A stretch of 63,468 bases of DNA, filler included, from Licmophora abbreviata (lineage: Eukaryota), in assembly GCA_900291995.1 (NCBI GenBank). It is 18 parts of 18 records of this genome, joined end to end, with 100 filler letters (N's around TTAATTAATTAA, not from the genome) between each part and the next. Parts side by side here need not be neighbours in the genome. Positions count along the whole stretch, not along the records: positions 1 to 11,638 come from OLMU01002410.1; 17 more parts are not named here. One strand, given 5' to 3'. The position numbers and the translations under genes are program-made. Of this stretch, positions 1 to 9,747 are shown in pieces. The notes beneath the pieces were generated by a model. That model saw only the letters and a list, made by a program, of their open reading frames with translations, did no database searches and had not been told where the DNA came from. How positions within the stretch are numbered: the stretch's first letter is position 1; each line of letters starts with the position of its first letter.

Positions 1-1210
1 AGGACCGGTGAGTTCGACTGTCATGTCTTATTTGAGCTTCAGCGATTGTGCTGGTCGCGACCTTGTCTTACACGTTTTGCCAACTTCTAATTTTTAGGAT
101 GCCGAACAGGAATTGTATGCAAAGTACGAGCTGCTGGAAACACTGGGGGTCGGTTCCACCTCCACCTGCCACCGATGCGTCAATCGTCGGTCGGGTGTTT
201 CCTATGCTTGCAAGATAATCGATAAACAGACCATTGATGACCGCTTCCAGGGTATGATGCACCAGTTTCACACGGAAATCCAGGCACTCCGCTCCCTTCA
301 GCACCCTAACATTATTCGTCTCTACGATGTCTTCATTTCCGACGAGAAAATTTTCATCATCATGGAGCTCATGGAAGGAGGAGAGCTTTTTGATTACGTC
401 GTAGAACGCGGTACACTGACGGAAGGAGAGGCGTCCAGCATTGTGCGTGCCGTGACTTCAGCTCTTGTCTTTATGCATTCGAAAAATATCATTCACAGAG
501 ATCTCAAGCCAGAGAATCTCTTGTTGCGTCACAAGCCGTCCAAGTCGGGGAAAATTGAAGTGAAGATTATTGACTTTGGTCTTTCGAAGGTATGCTGATT
601 GGTGTGTGGCGGTTGCGTACAATAGTAGTGGTCGGACTGCGAGGGAAAACATCCAACTTATTCTTTTCTGTGCGTCATTCATTATTTCGCGCAACAGCAA
701 ATGATCGAAGAGCCTGTTGCCAGAAGCTTCTTGGGAACGAGAGGATACCTGGCACCAGAAATGCTACAACGACGAGACTACTCACGGGAAGTCGATACAT
801 GGGCTTTGGGTGTGATTGTCTTTGTGCTGCTCTGCGGTTGCCTCCCCTTTGACGACGACTCCCAGACGGTCCCATCCGACGAACTTGTCCGTCAACGCTT
901 TGCTCTCCGCTTTCCTCGATGGGCGAGCAACCTTTCGAAATCGGCAAAGAGCCTCTTGTCACACCTCCTGGACGTCGATCCCCGTAAACGATACACGGCC
1001 GAACAGGCCCTGGACCACCCATGGGTAACGGGCGAGACGGCCCCGCGCAACAACCAGTTGGAGAGTCCACGTATGATTCGCAAGTCGCCGCTTGCATCGA
1101 AGAATCCTCAATCGGGATCGGGGAGTACGCGAAAGAAGGTTTCCGCAGCGGCCAGTTCTCTCAGCAGAAGTGTCGATGCAAGACACATGGTCCGCAAGAC
1201 AAGTATCTAA
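1..1210 (+). CDS. Ca2+/calmodulin-dependent-type Ser/Thr protein kinase, 5'-partial; exons <1-7, 98-589, 698-1210
   Basis: GVGSTS loop, ACKII Lys, HRDLKPEN, DFG, GTRGYLAPE and DTWALG motifs. GT-AG introns 8-97 and 590-697 join DFGLSK|QMIEEP in frame. Confidence 0.9.
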
Positions 1211-1545
1211 TGACGTGGGCCTACTATAAAGATAGAGAGAGCTAGATTGGAAACGCTGAGACTAGTGCAACCCATTGTTTTCTATACTCTTTAAAGAGAG
1301 ATTGCCGAAGTGAAGCATGCTTCTCGTGAGCTGTTACACTCGTTCCTAGTTGCAATGATTGCTTTTCTGTGGCGTGAGACGTCGGTTCGTGGTCCGTACG
1401 ACACCCGCTTGACGCGCTGATGACGTTGGCCACCCAATAATATCGAAAGTCGAAGAGCGACGCGAGAAGATGATGCGACGACCGCGACAAAAGTATAGCA
1501 GTTCGTACTTCACTTCCGTCGATCACACTGTTGCTCTTCACCACC

Positions 1546-3314
1546 ATGGCGTCGCTATCACTCCCGGCACCCAAACGATCGCTTCCAGCGCCATCGGCGA
1601 CTGTAGGGTCGCGCAAGAATCCGACTGACGCAATGGCGAAGACGCGTTCCGCGACGCCACGCCCGCTTCGAACCCGCTCATGGCCCCGTCGTACGGAGAA
1701 CGCTGTCGCACTGCCTCCTTGGTCGCTTCCTTGACACCCGATCAGCGCAAAGCCCGTAATGTCAAACTCTTTGTTCCCCGAAAATTGCAAGATTTCGACG
1801 ACGGTGGGGCCTATCCGGAAATCCACGTTGCGCAGTATCCGCGTCACATGGGCAATCCACATTTGACGAAACGCACGAATGCCGTGGCGGGAGCGCAGTC
1901 TAGCTCCACTGCCATTGTCAACGTCGAAGTCGACGAAAAGGGAGACGTCTCGTACGATGCCATTGTCAAGGGAGGGACGAATGCGGACAAGACAGTGTAT
2001 ACGAAACATTCGGATCTCAGGGGCGGGGAAGCGGATGCCGATGCCGTCGCGCTCCCAACGGCAGAAGAGGAAGAAGCGACGAAAGAACGCACTCAGGCTG
2101 CACTGCAGGCTTTGTTACAAAACAAGACTGCTCTGGATAAACCGTCTGGTAGCGCCATGGTCAATGCGGCGACCTCCCAGAATATGGAAGAAAAGACTCA
2201 GTTCATTCGATACACACCTCGCGAGGATGCTCCGGGCTACAATCCTGTGGCAGCTCAGCGGGTCATTCAAATGGTGCCTGCCCAAATTGATCCCATGATG
2301 CCTCCTAAACACAAACACATCAAGGCACCCGCAGGTCCCGCCGAAGACCCAGTGCCGGTACTACACGCACCACCGACCAAATTGAGCAAGGAAGAACGAG
2401 AAGCTTGGAATATTCCTGCGTGTATCTCCAACTGGAAAAACACACGCGGGTACACGATTCCCTTGGATAAGCGTCTGGCGGCCGATGGTCGGGGACTTCG
2501 TGAACACACCATCAATTCCAACTTTGCGACGCTTTCGGAAAGTTTGTACGTGGCGGAACGGCAAGCGCGACAAGAAGTTCGAATGCGAGCCCAAGTACAG
2601 AAACGACTGACTCTGCAGCAAAAGGACCAGCGTGAGCAGGAACTACGCGAGCTGGCCAACAAGGCTCGTCTGGAACGCAGTGGGGTCGTTCCGAGTAGCG
2701 TGGGGGAACGTGCTGCGGCTCCTGCTGCCGCGTCGGTAGAGGATCGCCAAGTTCACGGCGCTGTTTCCGATGCTAGTGATGACGACGGTAGTGATCGGTC
2801 GCCCTCCCCTGCGGCCAACAGGACCGAGCAGTCTGAAGATGAAATTGCCGCTCGTCAACGCGAACGACTGCGCATGGAGCGAAAGAGAGAACGAGAGCGT
2901 GAGCTACGGATGGAAAACAATATGGAGCTCAAGAAACAGCGTCTCGAGCAAGAGCGCGATGTGTCGGAAAAGGTTGCTCTTGGGGTCCATACGGGCACTG
3001 GAGGATTGGGTGGCGAGGTGGACTCGCGCCTCTACAATCAGTCGGCGGGGATGGATTCTGGATTTGGGGCCGAAGACGAATACAATACCTACTCCAAACC
3101 ACTGTTTGATCGGCAGGGAGTTTCGTCCTCTTCCATTTATCGTCCGACGAGGGGAGAAACAGAATACAACGCGGACGAGCAATACGAAAAGCTACGAGAG
3201 GGCGCCACCTCCAAGTTTCAGCCCGACAAGGGCTTTTCCGGTGCCGAAGGCGGTGCTGACATCCAGGCAGGACCGCGATCAGCCCCCGTTCAGTTTGAGA
3301 AGGAGCACAAGTGA
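1546..3314 (+). CDS. SNW1: SNW/SKIP splicing factor (Prp45 homolog), with an apparent 1-nt frameshift near 1620-1630
   Basis: DFDDGGAYPEIHVAQYP, DPMMPPKH, WNIPACISNWKNTRGYTIPLDKRLAADGRGL and C-terminal GPRSAPVQFEK. The typical N-terminus MASLSLPAPK starts at ATG 1546, in a different frame from the 1680 ORF. Confidence 0.93.
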
Positions 3315-3410
3315 TGTAATACGCGAGCGATAGGGTGCACTGTGCTGTCCGCAGGAACGTACAAGAGCCCGCAGTCAATTTTTTTAGAAACACAATGATA
3401 AACTCCTCTA

Positions 3411-3508
3411 TTGTCTGATGCTAGTTTGGAGGCGACGTTAAAGCCCTCAGGCAGTAGAATACACTACTAATCAATGAGTTATTTATTTATTTGTCTGATG
3501 CTAGTTTG
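3411..3508. repeat. 18-bp direct repeat TTGTCTGATGCTAGTTTG (3411-3428 and 3491-3508) flanking 62 bp
   Basis: Two exact copies read directly, in the intergenic region between convergent genes. Confidence 0.85.
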
Positions 3509-3646
3509 TAGTCTCTTTGGCAAATTTATCTAGCTCTAATTGTGTTGCATACTTTCTACTCCCTTTTTGTATGTTCGTGTGATATATTGTTGTCATTCTC
3601 AGCGCCATCGCATTGACTTCTGCGCGACGCGTCCCGTCATGACTGC

Positions 3647-4363
3647 TCAGCTCAATGACAAGACCGCGACACTTGCCAGCAACAAGACACTGCCCCTTCC
3701 ATAGGACAAAGTCCACGACCCGCTAGTACTCGTCAGCTGCGATGCACCCTGCTCGGTGAGCGACGACGGCGCGCCGACAGGTGGTTCAGTAGGTGGCTTG
3801 GTAGCTACTACAGGAGCCGTCGTAGACGTAGCATCAACATCCCCACCCGCGATTTGACTTTGCAGAAACTGGCGGTCCTCTTCCGAGACTTCCGGCCACG
3901 GCGCGTTGGCCCCGATACAGCTACTAATGGAGTAGGGGACCGGCTCGTAGTCATCCGGGTACGGGGTGAGTCCCTCCACTGGGTCAAAGCAGCGACGGTT
4001 GGGAAACAAAAAGGCAAGAAATCCCTCTTCTTCCTGTTGGAAGCGTTCTTCCAGGTTCACCCGAAAGCCTGCATCCGTGAGGAGCAACAGAGGTAGGCTA
4101 TCCACGCCACTCAGGTTTCCCTTGAATACCTCCAAAACTTGGTAGGCTGAGACTGTATCCTCGACAATATACATCATGGTAGATTCATCGTAGACGTCTA
4201 CTCCACAGGGTAGCGTAATCGACTCCGACGTGTAGTTAAGCCTTGCTACTACCTGCGAAAACTGAAACTGCTCTGCAATAGAAGACTGTACCTGCGAGCA
4301 AGCGGCGTTCACACCCGACGGGAGGACCAATGCCAGCGTAGCGAGAAAGAATGCGGTTCGCAT
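3647..4363 (-). CDS. Secreted, probably GPI-anchored protein with an N-terminal TIMP/NTR-like domain
   Basis: Signal peptide MRTAFFLATLALVLPSGVNA, then ACS...EQFQFSQVVA...YQVLEVFKG, a Thr/Pro stalk and a hydrophobic C-terminal tail after a Ser/Gly-rich omega-like site. Confidence 0.6.
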   Translation of the reverse strand: MRTAFFLATLALVLPSGVNAACSQVQSSIAEQFQFSQVVARLNYTSESITLPCGVDVYDESTMMYIVEDTVSAYQVLEVFKGNLSGVDSLPLLLLTDAGFRVNLEERFQQEEEGFLAFLFPNRRCFDPVEGLTPYPDDYEPVPYSISSCIGANAPWPEVSEEDRQFLQSQIAGGDVDATSTTAPVVATKPPTEPPVGAPSSLTEQGASQLTSTSGSWTLSYGRGSVLLLASVAVLSLS

Positions 4364-4455
4364 GATGGCACTTCTAGAACAAAGCTCTCGGCGCTTTGAT
4401 GGAGGTGCTTTTTTGTGTGTTTGAATTTGCTGCTGTGATGGCACCACACAGCATA

Positions 4456-4473
4456 TGTGTGTGTGTGTGTGTG
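4456..4473. repeat. (TG)n microsatellite
   Basis: Read directly. Confidence 0.9.
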
Positions 4474-4762
4474 ATTGTGGACGGAGTAAACCGTTGTGAT
4501 GAAGTGAGAAACTTAAGAGGAATGGTGGAGTATCGATCGTGCGTCGTGGTTCGACGCCGTCGTATGTCGCGCCACGACTCAAACCCTGTGATGTCATGCA
4601 CGTGACTCGTGCAGTGCGATGTCAAATCTGAAATCTGTGTGATCTGTGCGACGAGCGAGAGCGGGAGCGACTTTTGACAAAGGCGATACGTTGCCGTGCA
4701 GTCGTCGCCTCGATGTTTTCAGCTGTACCATCCAGTCCATGACATCGCCTGCTGTAGTAGAG

Positions 4763-5707
4763 ATGTCCCTGTTGACATGTCTTATGCTGCTGATTTTGCC
4801 AACAGTGGGCAACGGCTTCTGTCGGATTGCAGAACCCGTCTTACTCGATGATGTTAGGGCGTCATCACGTCAGTCGTTGTCACTTCCCGTATGCTTCGCC
4901 ACGCCATCGGCTTCCGCCTACTATCCTTCGAAGGATTGGACTCCCAACAATCAGGGAGTTACGGGTGTGACATTGAAATTAGCCTTTGATCGAAATTACG
5001 CCGTCGCGGATCTATCCGAACACAAATTTGAACGTTTCACATCTCCGGAATCCCTTGACCTTGTTCATCGGCTGCGACGCGCGAGCGATGCCGTACTGGT
5101 GGGAAAGACTACTGTTGAGTGTGATAACTGCTCACTGACGGTACGACGAGTACCGCTGTTACAAGACACTCAACATCAAATACCACCGACACGAGTGGTG
5201 ATTGATCCAAGTCTGAGCCTAGTAGTTCATGCAGCCGACGATGCCTCGTACGCTTTGTTTCATGACGGACTGCCAACAGTACTCTACTATGGTGGTTCCC
5301 ATGGCTTGACACTAAACATGTTGAAAGCGTCCGAACGCCTGCCACATTCGGTCGCGCTGGTTCCGGTCCAAATCACGACAAATAGCAATACGCTCGTCCC
5401 CAAATGCACACTTTCGACACATGCCATGTTGAAAGATATGCGCGAACGAGGATTGCATCATGTCATGGTGGAAGGTGGGCCCGCGACGGCGCGAGCCTTC
5501 TTAGAAGATAAGGCGGTTGACCGTGCCATTATTATCAAGGCCAATGTAACTTTTCAGGAGCCATTGCAATCCATGATGAACGACGACACTCTCTTAAGTG
5601 CAGGCTTGCGATTGCTCGGGACTGCCATGTCGGAGGGCGACACGGTCGAATTTTGGTCGCGAGCAAATCTTGCTTGGCCAGCGGCTGAACTATCCCAGTG
5701 GCCATGA
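4763..5707 (+). CDS. RibD C-terminal-type pyrimidine reductase (riboflavin biosynthesis family), with a signal-peptide-like N-terminus
   Basis: VTLKLA, HRLRRASDAVLVGKTTVECDNCSLTVR, RVVID and VMVEGG motifs. No deaminase domain. Start could be 4739. Confidence 0.8.
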   Translation: MSLLTCLMLLILPTVGNGFCRIAEPVLLDDVRASSRQSLSLPVCFATPSASAYYPSKDWTPNNQGVTGVTLKLAFDRNYAVADLSEHKFERFTSPESLDLVHRLRRASDAVLVGKTTVECDNCSLTVRRVPLLQDTQHQIPPTRVVIDPSLSLVVHAADDASYALFHDGLPTVLYYGGSHGLTLNMLKASERLPHSVALVPVQITTNSNTLVPKCTLSTHAMLKDMRERGLHHVMVEGGPATARAFLEDKAVDRAIIIKANVTFQEPLQSMMNDDTLLSAGLRLLGTAMSEGDTVEFWSRANLAWPAAELSQWP

Positions 5708-5810
5708 CGATAACGTTATAAGACGTACGTATATCGACTCGTGTATTACAGTTCTGTTACTAATATGAAGATCTAAAGGAACAAATAACAAAAACGATTG
5801 ACCATACTCA

Positions 5811-7406
5811 TCATGGTAACTCCTCGAACGACTTCTTCGGAGCAACGTCGGAGACAAAAGACTTGGTGTACGAAGTGGAAGGACCGGTAGTAGGATCGGC
5901 ATTCTCCCAAGTGGGCTTCAGCAGGCCATGGGCTGCCGACTTTCGACGATTCTCCTTTGTGAGGCGCTCGAACTGTTTCTTCTTTGTGTCCACCTTGGTG
6001 AGAACCCTGACTGGATTTCCATTTTCAGCGCTTCGCTGGAGTAAGAGTTGTCGGGCGGCCTTGAAGTCAACAATGTCGTCGCTCTCGTCAGCAGATCGTT
6101 CAAGTTTCGTGGCAGGTGGAGCAGCTGAGATCGGAAGGGATCCAGAAGAAGTCTTTGGTTTATCGTAGGGCGATCTCTCGACCGGTAGATGTTTCTCCGA
6201 CCGCTCCAATCGAGGTGTCGGCGCCTCGCTTGCGTCGCGTCCGACGTACGATGCTTCGGTTGGCTGTCGTGAGTGCGTCATCTCCTTTTCCTTTTTGAAT
6301 GCATTCTGCAGCCGCTGCTTTTTCTCGCTGACGGTCATTGCCTTGCTACTGCCTTCATATTCTGTGTCGTCATCGTCGTTGCCGCTTTTGTGAAAGGCAT
6401 TTTCCAACCACTTCTTCTTGTCCGTCACGTTGGGCTGCGTTGTCGTCTCGCCCTGCGCATCATCTTCCTCAAATAGAGCTTTCTGCAGCCGCTTGGTCTG
6501 GTGAGACACGTTGCCCTTTACAATATTGCTTTCTTCAATGACGACATTGGCAAGGTCCTTCTCAAACTGACGGGACTTGGCAATCACATTCATTCCTCGA
6601 CGGACCGTGCACACTTTCTTGGCGGATGTAGGGTCATCTGCTAGCCAAGCCGATAACTTCTTGACCGACGCATATCCATCATCGGTAGCCCGCACATCCT
6701 CCTTCCGATAGCGAGGCTTGAAACGAACAGGTGTCTTCATCGGTCCCTTGCGAGATTCGGCAGCTACCATCGCAGCATCTATCGTATTGGGCTTGATCGA
6801 CGACTTGGCGCTCTTGACAACCGGAGTCATGGAAGAGTTAGCCTTGGGACGAATTGGCTTCGCTAGAAAGACACCGTCAGGAGCCTTGCCCGTATGATTG
6901 ACGCGGTCATAGTGCTGCTTGTGTTGCTTGCCGAAGTCGTCGAGCCATCCTGACAGTTTCGCAACAGACACATCCGACTCGCAGTCGGAATCGGTCGAAG
7001 AGGATTTTTGCAGACCAGGATTCGTCCGCTCGTAGTGATTGCGATTCTCCTTGCCAAAGTCGTTGAGCCATCCCGTAAGACGTGCAACAGATACCTCCGA
7101 ACCGACATCGGAGCCTAGGGATTCCAGCACCGGACACTCATGAACTTCGTTGGCACTGTTGCTACGAAACGGGCTTTCCGACAGTTTATGGCCGTCGGTC
7201 GCCGATGAGACATGGATATCACCAAGAGAACGACGCGAGCTTCCCGTCTTGGCGCGCTTGAGACCTCGTTCATGGTTGCCATTGAGGGCGTTCTCTTCGT
7301 CAGACAGAGCTGGACCAGGGAATGGAAGCTTTTTCGGGGATGTCAGATCCGATTGACGATTGGGCAACGAGGAGCCAACAACGGAATCCAGTCCCGAGCG
7401 AGTCAT
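5811..7406 (-). CDS. Uncharacterised, largely disordered protein with repeated SVxxLxxW/F-type helical motifs
   Basis: 539-codon ORF with an internal duplication (SVARLTGWLNDFGK / SVAKLSGWLDDFGK) and further related motifs. Start uncertain. Confidence 0.7.
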   Translation of the reverse strand: MTRSGLDSVVGSSLPNRQSDLTSPKKLPFPGPALSDEENALNGNHERGLKRAKTGSSRRSLGDIHVSSATDGHKLSESPFRSNSANEVHECPVLESLGSDVGSEVSVARLTGWLNDFGKENRNHYERTNPGLQKSSSTDSDCESDVSVAKLSGWLDDFGKQHKQHYDRVNHTGKAPDGVFLAKPIRPKANSSMTPVVKSAKSSIKPNTIDAAMVAAESRKGPMKTPVRFKPRYRKEDVRATDDGYASVKKLSAWLADDPTSAKKVCTVRRGMNVIAKSRQFEKDLANVVIEESNIVKGNVSHQTKRLQKALFEEDDAQGETTTQPNVTDKKKWLENAFHKSGNDDDDTEYEGSSKAMTVSEKKQRLQNAFKKEKEMTHSRQPTEASYVGRDASEAPTPRLERSEKHLPVERSPYDKPKTSSGSLPISAAPPATKLERSADESDDIVDFKAARQLLLQRSAENGNPVRVLTKVDTKKKQFERLTKENRRKSAAHGLLKPTWENADPTTGPSTSYTKSFVSDVAPKKSFEELP

Positions 7407-7995
7407 TCTGTTGACGATAAGAGGGAACAAGAAATCACAAAGTGTATGGTTGAGAAAGTGTTTTGCTGATGGAAACGGTCAATCAACAATCACTTCGAAG
7501 CTCTTTCGTCTCAGTCTCACAGTGCCTTTCTCACAAAAAATACGCTTTCCTTACCGTTTCATTGTATGAAAGAGGTGCGGAGTGGGCTAAGGATCGACCA
7601 CAAAAGATCAACGGAGAAGCCTTTGCTTGTTGCATGTGCTTCGCCATCTTTTGTCGTGGCGATCGAGATTAGAGAGAGACGCCCGCCAAAGTTCGTTGGA
7701 ATCTTTGGTGTTCGCTGAAAAATGTCATGACAGATTGAACAAATTTCGTGAAGGTACGTACGTCACCCGCACATTCTAGTCGGTTGTTAGTTCTGCTACT
7801 GTTCCAGTATGCTGTCACAAAAGTCACAAACTCCGACGAAAAGAGAAATTGCATCTTTTTGTGGATCAAGGGGCGTGGGTGTTGAGTAGAGTGTAAGGGA
7901 ATGGTATCATGGACAAGTATAGTCTTTGTCCATGTTGTAGCATTTAAAAAGTCAAACATCGCCATATACAGGTGGTGTACTACGGATCGCCTACA

Positions 7996-8077
7996 GACCC
8001 TCTGGCGCAAAGGTAGCGCGTTTGACTTCTAATCAGTTGATATCAAAAGGTTCTGGGTTCGAGCCCCAGGAGGGTTG
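7996..8077 (+). tRNA. trnR-UCU: tRNA-Arg (anticodon UCU) with a 10-nt intron (8032-8041)
   Basis: Acceptor stem GACCCTC/GAGGGTT, D stem GCGC/GCGC, anticodon stem TTTGA/TCAAA with TCT at 8028-8030, T arm CTGGG-TTCGAGC-CCCAG. Confidence 0.95.
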
Positions 8078-8081
8078 ATAC

Positions 8082-8087
8082 TTTTTT
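8082..8087 (+). terminator. RNA polymerase III T6 terminator of the tRNA gene
   Basis: TTTTTT 4 nt downstream of the discriminator base. Confidence 0.85.
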
Positions 8088-8433
8088 GCTAGTGTTGGGC
8101 GTTTGCGCTAGTTTGCTTTTTCATATCTAACAGAGGTCCGGTAGACTAGGAAAGTGCACGTCGCCATGATAGCCTGCAAAAGGCATGAACACCCCTTTTA
8201 CAATGGCTTTAGCAATTTCAGTAGAGCACTCTACCTGGTATGATGGCACGAGGTTCAAAAAGACGAGGTCCGAGCTCCGAAGTGACAATCTCCTGAGAAG
8301 GCTCTTTCTTGAACCGATTTCTTTCAGATTCAGAGTTCAGAATTCAATCACGCATCGTATTCGACCATGGGATTCTACTTGATCATCGCCGTGTGAGATT
8401 TGATCGTATCTTGCTCATTGCTTACGTTCCAAA

Positions 8434-9662
8434 ATGGCAGAAGAAACTCCATCTGGAATGTCGACTGGGTATCGCGTCCTGAATGACGAAGGGGAAGCTA
8501 CGGAAATGGATTTATCTCCTGTATCTTTTCATGGAGAGTCGCAAGCAATGATGCTACCTCTATTCCACGACACGCCCTTGTCGAGCAATCGAAAGCAAGC
8601 CCTGTTTTCATCCCCACATTTTTCAACAAACGATATAGGAAGGGATGAAGATGAGGAAGCTTACATTCCTCTGTCTTACGAGTCGAGACGACAGGCGAAC
8701 TTGAATGGCCTGAACTACCTGAATGCGGTCACGTATTTGTGTCACCTTTTTGTGTCATTCGGAATTGGAGTCTGGGGACTGAACGGGATTGTGCCAACAC
8801 GGTGGGATATAAGCATGGATTTTGAAACGCTTGTCACTCCGGCCAGATATGCCTACTCGATCTGGGCGCCGATACTACTGTCCGAAGCCGTCTTTGCCAT
8901 TGCTCAGCTTCTTCCACGATTCCGAGCTCGGCCCATCATTCAAGAAGGAACCGGCTTCTTCTTTTTCTACACCTGTCTTATTCAGACTGCATGGACGCTC
9001 TTCTACGCTGTTCGACTCTTCATATTTTCCTTTTCTTCCGTGATGGCAGCCTTCATCTCGCTTGTACTTTTACTTGCGTCTCAACACTATTCCCAAGTAC
9101 GAGGACGTGCGAGTCGCACGGAGTATTGGCTGTTTCGATTCCCCTTTTTCTTGCACTGCGGGTGGATGGCAGTCATGATGGCGGTACATTTGAGTTTGTT
9201 GATGCGACAGAAGTCTTCCAGTTTGGGAACCCAAATGGCAGGAGACGTCGTGGCGTTGGCCATTCTCTTGCCCATTGTGTCGTACGCCCTGTCGGTTGAC
9301 TCGAGTGCGACGAACTTTGTCATTCCATCGGTTGTGCTTTGGGCCTATGTGAGTAAAGGTGATGGGATGACGACGTTTCGTGGCTTTCTTGCACTATCTC
9401 TATGCTGACTCATACTGTGGCGACGTTGCGTGCTGCTTTCCTACCGTAGATCGGTATTGCTGTACGGCTACACCATCCAAGCGACGCCCTCCTGGATGAC
9501 TATGGGCATGATGTAGCAATTGCGATTCGATCGTCATCATACGCATTTGCGGGTATAACGTTTTGCCAACTGGCGCCTCGTGTCATGATTTGGGCGTGTC
9601 GCACGTTTCTCACGATCAACGTCGTCATGTTAGGCGAAGACTCGTATACAGAAGGCGAATAA
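8434..9662 (+). CDS. Polytopic membrane protein resembling tryptophan-rich sensory (TspO-related) proteins; exons 8434-9348, 9450-9662
   Basis: IS..FETLVTPARYAYSIW, PFFLHCGW and VLWAY|IGIAV motifs with multiple TM segments. GT-AG intron 9349-9449 restores the frame. Confidence 0.6.
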
Positions 9663-9747
9663 CTGACGTTGGAAGCGCCAAGACAAGACGGGATAACAAT
9701 ATGTGCAGGTGGCGCTATATTGACCTTTTACAAGCATACGCATACAT

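Noticed and set aside
1242..2009. Long antisense ORFs (e.g. 1242-2009, 54053-54754, 62779-63432)
   Set aside because: Shadow ORFs opposite well-supported genes, expected from codon bias at this GC content.
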